DNA of 64,000 nucleotides from the NCBI GenBank assembly GCA_047618765.1, contig JBLHLI010000001.1, positions 8,449 to 72,448 of the forward strand. The letters run 5' to 3'. Below, one piece after another: positions 55,152 to 64,000 of this stretch. A program made the position numbers and the translations under genes. Numbering within the stretch: the stretch's first letter is position 1; every line of letters begins with the position of its first letter. Under the pieces are notes generated by a model. The model had not been told where the DNA came from, searched no databases, and saw nothing but the letters and a program-made list of their open reading frames with translations. The DNA is from Enterobacterales bacterium (GTDB lineage Bacteria > Pseudomonadota > Gammaproteobacteria > Enterobacterales > GCA-2746155).

Positions 55152-58100
55152 ATGCGTTTAAAAAGTATTAAGCTTGCGGGCTTTAAGTCCTTTGTTGATC
55201 CCACTACGGTATCTTTTCCTAGCAATCTCTGTGCAGTGGTTGGTCCCAATGGTTGTGGTAAGTCTAATATCATCGATGCCGTGCGTTGGGTGATGGGAGA
55301 ATCTTCAGCTAAAAATCTCCGTGGTGAATCCATGACTGACGTTATCTTTAATGGTTCTGGTGGGCGCAAACCCGTGGGGCAGGCAACGATTGAGTTAGTC
55401 TTTGATAATACCGATGGCAAGTTGTTGGGTGAATATGCGAGCTTTAATGAAATCGCTATTCGGCGCAAAGTGACCCGCGATTCGCAAAATATTTATTATC
55501 TTAATGGCACCAAGTGTCGCCGTCGTGACATTACCGATATTTTCTTAGGTACAGGTTTAGGCCCGCGCAGCTATGCGATTATAGAACAGGGGATGATTTC
55601 CCGTTTGATTGAATCCAAGCCAGATGAGTTGCGAGTCTACGTTGAAGAAGCCGCCGGTATTTCTAAATACAAAGAGCGTCGTCGCGATACAGAAAATCGT
55701 ATGCGTCGCACCATGGAAAACTTAGAGCGTTTAACCGATATTCGTGAAGAACTTGAGCGCCAGTTAATACGTTTAGAAAGACAAGCCAAATCTGCAGAGA
55801 AGTATGCAGAATTTAAGAAAGAAGCGCGCAGTCTTAAAGCCCAGCTACAAGCCTTACGTTATCGTTTGTTAGATAATCAATCAAGCATTCAGCAAATGGG
55901 TATACGTGAATTTGAAGTCAAAATTGAATCTTTTGTTACTGAACGTGTGAGCTACGAGACGGGGATTGAGAAATATCGTACCGAGTACACTGAATGTGGG
56001 GATGCATTTAATGAAGTGCAGGGTCGCTTTTATGGTGTGGGGACTGAAATTGCGCGTTTAGAGCAAAGTATTCAGCATGTCCAAGAGCGTAATCGTCAAT
56101 TACATGAAGACTTATCTCGGACCAAACAAGAGGCGGAAGAAGCCACAAGTAATTTGGTGGCAGACCAAGAGAAGTCGACATCATGGGAAGTGGAGTTAGC
56201 AGAGATCGAACCCGAGCTAGAAATGTTGCAGGCAACAGAAGAGGGTTCTGGTGATGAGTTAATTGCGTCTGAAGAAGCCATGCAAGCATGGCAATTAGAG
56301 TGGGATGAGTTTAACCAACGTGCTGCAGAACCGCGTCAAAAAGCCGAGGTCGAACAATCACGTATTCAGCATTTAGAGCAAGTGCAGTCGCGTTTACTGG
56401 AGCGTATTCGTCGTCTAGACGATGAAAACCAGCAACTGCCAGCAGATGATAATAGTGAAGAAATGTCGTTGCTAAAAGAGCAGGTATCGGAAGCAGAACA
56501 GCTAGTGGAAGAAAAAGCCCTGATAGCCGAAGAGGTGATAGAGAATGTCAATGCATTGCGTGAAACCATTCAGCAGTCCGATAGCGCATTAGATCAAGCA
56601 CGTAACCAATTACAGACTACTCGAGGTCGCCATGCCTCTTTAGAGGCTTTACAGCAAGCGACGATGGGAGGGGACGAACAGTTAACGCGTTGGATTACTG
56701 ACCAATCCCTAAGCAATAATAGTCGTTTGTTAGAACAAATGGCGGTAGTACCAGAATGGCAAACCGCTGTTGAAGCGGTATTAGGCGATGCGCTACAGGC
56801 CATTTGTGTTGAAGGCTTGGATGCGGTGGCGAGTACCTTGTCATCTCTAGAGCAGGGCAGTTTAGTCTTGTTGGATAGCCAAGTCACTAGTAACACTAGT
56901 AACACTAGTAGTGCTGATAGCGCAGCGAAGAAAGCGCCGCGCTTGGCAGAACAAGTGAGTGGCGACGCAGATGTTAACGCTTTATTAACCGGCGTTTATA
57001 CTGCCGACAGTTTGTCTGCAGCGTTGTCTTTGCGTACTCAGTTGAGCGCGGAAGAATCTGTGATTACTGCTGAAGGCATTTGGATGGGCGCCAATTGGCT
57101 TCGCGTTAAGCGTGATGGCGATGCACAATCGGGCGTATTAGCCAGGCAGCAAGAACTGGAACTGCTAACGGCAGGGTTAAGTGAAGTTGAAGCTACGGTA
57201 TCCACCCTTGGTGAACAGCTTCAAGCTCACCGAGAAGCCTTAAAAGAAGTAGAGCAACAGCGCGAACAGTACCGACGCGATAGCGATGCATCTAAACAAC
57301 GTTTAAATGAGCAACGTTCAGAGTTCAGTGCGCATGAAGTACGTCTTGAGCAAAGTGCCGTGCGCCGTCAAAAGCTACATGCCGATATTGATGAAGCAAA
57401 AGAGCAAATGTCGATGGAGGCAGAGAGTTTAGCGGAGGCAAGAGCCACATTAGAAACGGCTATCGGTATTATGGAGCAGGATTCAGAACAGCGTGAGCTA
57501 TTGTTAACACGACGAGATGACATTCGAGAAGTTCTCGATCAAACGCGACAACGGGCACGGCATAGCAAAGACAAGTTACATGCCTTGGCGATGCAGCACC
57601 AATCGGTAAAAACACAATTACATTCTATTCGTGACAGTATTATCCGCCTAAAAGAACAGGTGCAGCGTTTGAGTGATCGTCGAGAGCAGCTATTGGAAAC
57701 TATTGGCACCGCTGATGATCCGACCGAAGAGCAGCAGATGGAGCTAGAAAATTTGCTCGAAAAGCGCATCAGTCTTGAAGAAGAGTTAGCTAGCTCTCGA
57801 CGAGCTGTTGAAACTGTGGAGCAACAGCTACGTGATGCAGAGCAAGCACGAAGCCGTATTGAGAATGAGCTGCAAGGCTTGCGTGCACAACTGACGGAAA
57901 GACGTTTAGAGGCACAAACGATACAAGTACAGCGTGAGACTATTGCAAAAAATCTGCTTGAAGAAGGCAGTGAGCTAAGTGAGTTGTTGGCGCATTTACC
58001 CGAAGATGCACAAGAACAGCCATTTGAAGAAGAGTTATCTAGATTAGAGCATCGCATTACTCGTTTAGGGCCCATTAACTTAGCGGCAATTGATGAATAT

Positions 58101-58679
58101 AAAATTGAATCTGAACGCAAAAATTATTTAGATGCACAAGACGCTGACCTTAGAGAAGCATTAGAAACTTTAGAGAATGCGATTATGAAAATTGATCGTG
58201 AGACGCGCACACGTTTTAAAGAAACCTTTGACTCGATTAATAGTAGTATTCAAGAGTTGTTTCCAAAAGTATTTGGTGGAGGTCATGCGTATTTAGAATT
58301 AACAGGGGATGATTTGTTGGACACTGGCATTACTATTATGGCGCGTCCACCTGGTAAGCGTAATAGTACTATTCACCTATTATCCGGTGGTGAAAAAGCA
58401 TTGACCGCTATTGCCTTGGTGTTCTCGATTTTTCGTCTTAATCCAGCGCCATTTTGTATGTTGGATGAAGTCGATGCACCTTTAGATGATGCTAATGTGG
58501 GGCGTTATGCAAAGCTTGTTGAAGAGATGTCAAAACAAGTACAATTTATTTATATTACGCATAATAAAATAGCCATGGAAATGGCACATCAACTAATGGG
58601 TGTCACCATGCATGAAGCGGGTGTGTCGCGCATGGTGACGGTTGATGTGAACGAGGCTGCAGAGTTAGCAGCAGTTTAA
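55152..58679 (+). CDS. smc: Chromosome segregation protein SMC
   Basis: Walker A GPNGCGKSNIIDA, long coiled-coil, hinge region, signature LSGGEKALTAIALVFSIF, Walker B FCMLDEVDAPLDD. Confidence 0.95.
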   Translation: MRLKSIKLAGFKSFVDPTTVSFPSNLCAVVGPNGCGKSNIIDAVRWVMGESSAKNLRGESMTDVIFNGSGGRKPVGQATIELVFDNTDGKLLGEYASFNEIAIRRKVTRDSQNIYYLNGTKCRRRDITDIFLGTGLGPRSYAIIEQGMISRLIESKPDELRVYVEEAAGISKYKERRRDTENRMRRTMENLERLTDIREELERQLIRLERQAKSAEKYAEFKKEARSLKAQLQALRYRLLDNQSSIQQMGIREFEVKIESFVTERVSYETGIEKYRTEYTECGDAFNEVQGRFYGVGTEIARLEQSIQHVQERNRQLHEDLSRTKQEAEEATSNLVADQEKSTSWEVELAEIEPELEMLQATEEGSGDELIASEEAMQAWQLEWDEFNQRAAEPRQKAEVEQSRIQHLEQVQSRLLERIRRLDDENQQLPADDNSEEMSLLKEQVSEAEQLVEEKALIAEEVIENVNALRETIQQSDSALDQARNQLQTTRGRHASLEALQQATMGGDEQLTRWITDQSLSNNSRLLEQMAVVPEWQTAVEAVLGDALQAICVEGLDAVASTLSSLEQGSLVLLDSQVTSNTSNTSSADSAAKKAPRLAEQVSGDADVNALLTGVYTADSLSAALSLRTQLSAEESVITAEGIWMGANWLRVKRDGDAQSGVLARQQELELLTAGLSEVEATVSTLGEQLQAHREALKEVEQQREQYRRDSDASKQRLNEQRSEFSAHEVRLEQSAVRRQKLHADIDEAKEQMSMEAESLAEARATLETAIGIMEQDSEQRELLLTRRDDIREVLDQTRQRARHSKDKLHALAMQHQSVKTQLHSIRDSIIRLKEQVQRLSDRREQLLETIGTADDPTEEQQMELENLLEKRISLEEELASSRRAVETVEQQLRDAEQARSRIENELQGLRAQLTERRLEAQTIQVQRETIAKNLLEEGSELSELLAHLPEDAQEQPFEEELSRLEHRITRLGPINLAAIDEYKIESERKNYLDAQDADLREALETLENAIMKIDRETRTRFKETFDSINSSIQELFPKVFGGGHAYLELTGDDLLDTGITIMARPPGKRNSTIHLLSGGEKALTAIALVFSIFRLNPAPFCMLDEVDAPLDDANVGRYAKLVEEMSKQVQFIYITHNKIAMEMAHQLMGVTMHEAGVSRMVTVDVNEAAELAAV

Positions 58680-58894
58680 TATAGAGACATTTAACGATAT
58701 AAGTGAACACAAAAAGCGGCTATTTTTCTGTCTGACGTCGTTGCCTACAGGGATGTAGGTAAGAGGCGTGAGCAGGACGCGGAAGCTTTCCTCAATTGGT
58801 CAATAGAATAACTATTACCTGCATTGAGCGCCTAGTCAGCCAAAAAAATATCTCGCTTTAGTTGTTGTTCATTTATATCGTTAAATGTCTATAT
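58679..58894. repeat. 216-bp element bounded by long imperfect terminal inverted repeats (MITE-like or structured RNA) between smc and zipA
   Basis: Left arm atatagAGacatttaacgatataaGtgaac (58679-58708). Reverse complement of the right arm (58867-58894) is atatagacatttaacgatataaAtgaac. Pairing continues inward (aaagcg..tattttt). Internal hairpin cctaca-ggga-tgtagg. Confidence 0.6.
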
Positions 58895-58930
58895 TCTTTC
58901 TTTGTGAACAGGTAACGAGGCTTTATCTAG

Positions 58931-60295
58931 ATGGATTTTACGACTAAACAATGGCTAATAGGCATTATTCTTATCGTCATTATAGCTATTTTAATCGATG
59001 GCTTTCGGCGTATGCGCAGAGCGCGCCAAGATTCATTGCATATGTCATTGAATGTGAAAAATAGACCTGCTGCGGATAACAACAAAAAGCCTTATGGCAG
59101 TGAATTCCCCAATGGGGGCGCGCGAGTTAGTGACAAAAGTATTAATAAAGAACGTATTGATAAAGTGAAAAGTCAGTATGATTTTGGTCGTGACTTATCA
59201 GACACCCATGGTAAACCAAACAAAACTAAGCTTAAAGACACTGAGCAGTCTGACAATAAAGATCAGTGGCTTGATGACGGTGAGGGAGATGAAGAATATT
59301 ACGCTAATAAATGGGATGCTGAGTATGAACTACCCGATGAGCTAGAATATGAAGTTGACAGTGACTTGGAAGATGCGCTTAATCATAGTGGTAAGGCTTC
59401 TAACTCTATAGTGGATGAAGCTACTCAAGTGATTGCTGAAGTGCGTGAAGACGATGAGGTCTTAATGTCAGCAACGCTTAATGTAGATAAAGCGGAAGTA
59501 GTAGGTAAGGAAGATGAGGCAGGTAAGCCAGCAGAGACTAAAGTGTATGCCGAGCCCAAACAGGTACCGCTTAACTTAGAAGAGTCTGTTCCTGTCTTAA
59601 TGGAGACCGTGGAAGAGGGCGAAGAAGACGTTGTCACCGCTGAGGGGGATGATTTTCAGGATGACGGATTAGCTTCGCCTGTAGCCATACGTTCGGTTGG
59701 TAAACACCTTAGGCCCGCTATTGAACCCACTATTGATGATCTTAGCGGATCGGAAGATGAGGATAGCTTAAATACTCGTTCAGCGAATAAACCCCGCTAC
59801 CAATCGAAATATTTTTCTAGTGAAAGTAAGAAAGAACCCCCCCCCTCTAAGGCTTCTATTACGGAAGTGTTAGTTATTAATGTTAAGGCAGTAAAAGATC
59901 ATGAGTTTCAGGGGAGTGATTTATTGCAGCAAGTACTAGAGAATGATTTGCGTTATGGCGCGATGAATATATTTCATCGTCATGCCGATGAAGATGGCGA
60001 GGGGCCAGTATTATTTAGTATGGCCAATATGCTAATGCCAGGTATTTTTGATCTTAAAACGATTGATAGTTTTTCTACCGCCGGGGTTTCTTTATTTTTG
60101 ACCTTGCCAGTAGTTGACAGTAATAATATGGCTGCGTTTGAACTGATGGTAAAAACGGCAAAAGTGCTGGCCGCCTCTTTAGGTGGAAATTTGAAGGATG
60201 AGCATCGTAGTGTGATGACAGCACAAACCATCGAGCATTATCGAGAAAGAATTCGTGATTTTTCTAGACGCCAACAATTGGAAAAAAACAAGTAA
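58931..60295 (+). CDS. zipA: Cell division protein ZipA
   Basis: N-terminal TM WLIGIILIVIIAILIDGF plus basic RRMRRAR, acidic/charged linker, and a C-terminal FtsZ-binding domain (NIFHRH...GPVLFSMANMLMPGIFD parallels E. coli NIYHRH...GPALFSLANMVKPGTFD). Confidence 0.9.
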   Translation: MDFTTKQWLIGIILIVIIAILIDGFRRMRRARQDSLHMSLNVKNRPAADNNKKPYGSEFPNGGARVSDKSINKERIDKVKSQYDFGRDLSDTHGKPNKTKLKDTEQSDNKDQWLDDGEGDEEYYANKWDAEYELPDELEYEVDSDLEDALNHSGKASNSIVDEATQVIAEVREDDEVLMSATLNVDKAEVVGKEDEAGKPAETKVYAEPKQVPLNLEESVPVLMETVEEGEEDVVTAEGDDFQDDGLASPVAIRSVGKHLRPAIEPTIDDLSGSEDEDSLNTRSANKPRYQSKYFSSESKKEPPPSKASITEVLVINVKAVKDHEFQGSDLLQQVLENDLRYGAMNIFHRHADEDGEGPVLFSMANMLMPGIFDLKTIDSFSTAGVSLFLTLPVVDSNNMAAFELMVKTAKVLAASLGGNLKDEHRSVMTAQTIEHYRERIRDFSRRQQLEKNK

Positions 60296-60390
60296 ACAAT
60301 AGCTTAGCTGCGTTTGCATTATAATAAAGTAGAAATGTAATCTATCTGTAAATATTACAGAGCCTTAAATTACGTTACTTGCTGCAATAA

Positions 60391-63113
<2,723 letters not shown>

Positions 63114-63143
63114 TGAATCTTTCAATGTTTCACAGGTGTTAGT

Positions 63144-63584
63144 ATGAGCGATGAATCGGTAGTCTATGGTTATATCAAAAATGCTAGTGCATTCACGGCA
63201 GAAGAAAAATACATTAGCCAAGCGATTAATCGAAAAGCCTTAAGTCACTTACCCACATTAGATGCCTGTGCATTTCTATCAAGAGATATATTCTCAGCTC
63301 CTGTATCGTTGGCTTATGATGATCTACCTCTGTCGAGTGTGATTCACTTTGGCAGCGCTTATAAAGGTATTGAGTATGAGTGGGGTTTGTGGATTACTCA
63401 ATTTGAGCAGCTTTTACAGGGTATGTATTGGGACACCGTCATTGTGCATTTAGAAACTGAATTGTCTGGTGTGCATACCTTTACATGGGATAGTGGTAAT
63501 ACAGTCCATGTGCCCAGTGATAAGGCTCTCAACATTCGTTGTGAATGGCAGCATGAAATGGGCTTGTACAGTCGTATTGCCTAA
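63144..63584 (+). CDS. Hypothetical protein
   Basis: 146-codon ORF in the housekeeping block. No recognisable motif. Confidence 0.4.
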   Translation: MSDESVVYGYIKNASAFTAEEKYISQAINRKALSHLPTLDACAFLSRDIFSAPVSLAYDDLPLSSVIHFGSAYKGIEYEWGLWITQFEQLLQGMYWDTVIVHLETELSGVHTFTWDSGNTVHVPSDKALNIRCEWQHEMGLYSRIA

Positions 63585-63626
63585 GCATTATTCTCCCTTC
63601 CTCATTAGAGCGTTGTGCATTTTTTT

Positions 63627-64000
63627 ATGCTTTTATCTGATGCTAATGTCACTACTAAAAACAATATCCAACTAGTCTTTTTCGATGTAGATGGCACCTT
63701 GTTAGCGCAAGATGGCAACTACTCTCCGTCATTAAAGCAACAGATCCATCGTCTCCATTCTCTCGGTGTTAAAACGGCGATTGCTTCAGGCCGCCCTTCT
63801 TATGCAGCACAATTTTTATTTGATGAGCTGGGTATTTGCGACTTGGGCGTATTTTGTACGGGTGCAGAAATTTATCTGCCTTCAGCTAAGCAGCATATTC
63901 AGTTGCATACCCTCGATAAAGCTAGAGTGGCTTTGTTGGCTCAGCGTGCTAAAGCGCTGGGTATTTATTGTGAGCTTTATACGCCTAACTACCATGCGGT
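63627..64000 (+). CDS. HAD-superfamily (Cof-like) hydrolase, 3'-truncated by the window end
   Basis: Not in the ORF track because it is open-ended. My translation from the ATG at 63627 is MLLSDANVTTKNNIQLVFFDVDGTLLAQDG...GVKTAIASGRP, with HAD motif I DxDGT and motif II S/T-G-R. No stop through 64000. Confidence 0.7.
   Translation, partial: MLLSDANVTTKNNIQLVFFDVDGTLLAQDGNYSPSLKQQIHRLHSLGVKTAIASGRPSYAAQFLFDELGICDLGVFCTGAEIYLPSAKQHIQLHTLDKARVALLAQRAKALGIYCELYTPNYHA

Noticed and set aside
57539-58120. 193-aa antisense ORF inside smc, plus other antisense ORFs at 56008-56905 and many 60-125-aa nested ORFs throughout the track (for example 457-860, 2025-2321, 30276-30623, 31943-32317).
   Set aside because: All lie wholly inside longer ORFs that carry clear family motifs on the opposite strand or in another frame. 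The smc ones are low-complexity (Ser/Cys/Arg-rich) mirror images of a coiled-coil coding region. None has an RBS or a recognisable domain.
59837-59845. C9 homopolymer inside zipA (codes EPPPS).
   Set aside because: It is in frame within the non-conserved linker of an essential gene. There is no evidence of phase variation, though it may be a sequencing-error-prone site.
60346-60360. CTGTaaatattACAG palindrome upstream of ligA, resembling a LexA/SOS box.
   Set aside because: The spacer is 7 nt, not the 8 nt of the CTGT-N8-ACAG consensus. It is more likely a small hairpin (ctgtaa-ata-ttacag) after zipA.

Overview
The window has two parts. (1) Positions ~1.1-52.2 kb hold one very large surface-glycan (O-antigen/capsule-type) biosynthesis locus. 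By eye it is more AT-rich than the rest, and about 48 of its ORFs are on the + strand with a single ORF on the - strand. It opens with a 510-bp leader carrying a perfect ops/JUMPStart core (GGCGGTAGCGTG) and ends with a WbpM/PglF-type membrane dehydratase. Inside it I can support these items:
- three NeuB-family nonulosonic-acid synthases
- a metal-dependent-type KdsA paralog
- three CMP-sugar synthetases
- a Pse-type gene set (pseC/H/G/I)
- a NeuC/NeuB/NeuA-type set
- an unusual Kdo-like module (KdsA-like, CBS-only KdsD fragment, HpcH aldolase, 2 SDRs, KdsB-like)
- an L-6-deoxy-HexNAc branch
- a C-methyl branched-sugar module
- a stand-alone GlmU C-terminal acetyltransferase
- 6-7 methyltransferases and 5 acyltransferase domains
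- 2 PhyH-type dioxygenases
- 3 uncharacterised proteins with an HP motif that are candidate ulosonic-acid transferases
- an ABC half-transporter
- two giant polytopic membrane proteins, one with a Wzy_C-like motif

No classical Wzx, Wzz, Wza/Wzc or Wzm/Wzt gene is recognisable.

(2) Positions 52.6-64 kb are housekeeping: tRNA-Asp and tRNA-Val (- strand), ccmH-ccmI, smc-zipA-ligA, a lipoprotein, a hypothetical and a truncated HAD hydrolase. This order is typical of non-enteric gammaproteobacteria that have SMC rather than MukB. The taxon cannot be fixed from here.

I saw no CRISPR array, integrase, transposase or recognisable defence genes. The candidate novel system is the multi-ulosonic-acid glycan locus itself, especially the Kdo-like module at 27.2-34.2 kb and the three HP-motif proteins. 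All functional calls rest on motif reading of the supplied translations. No searches were run.
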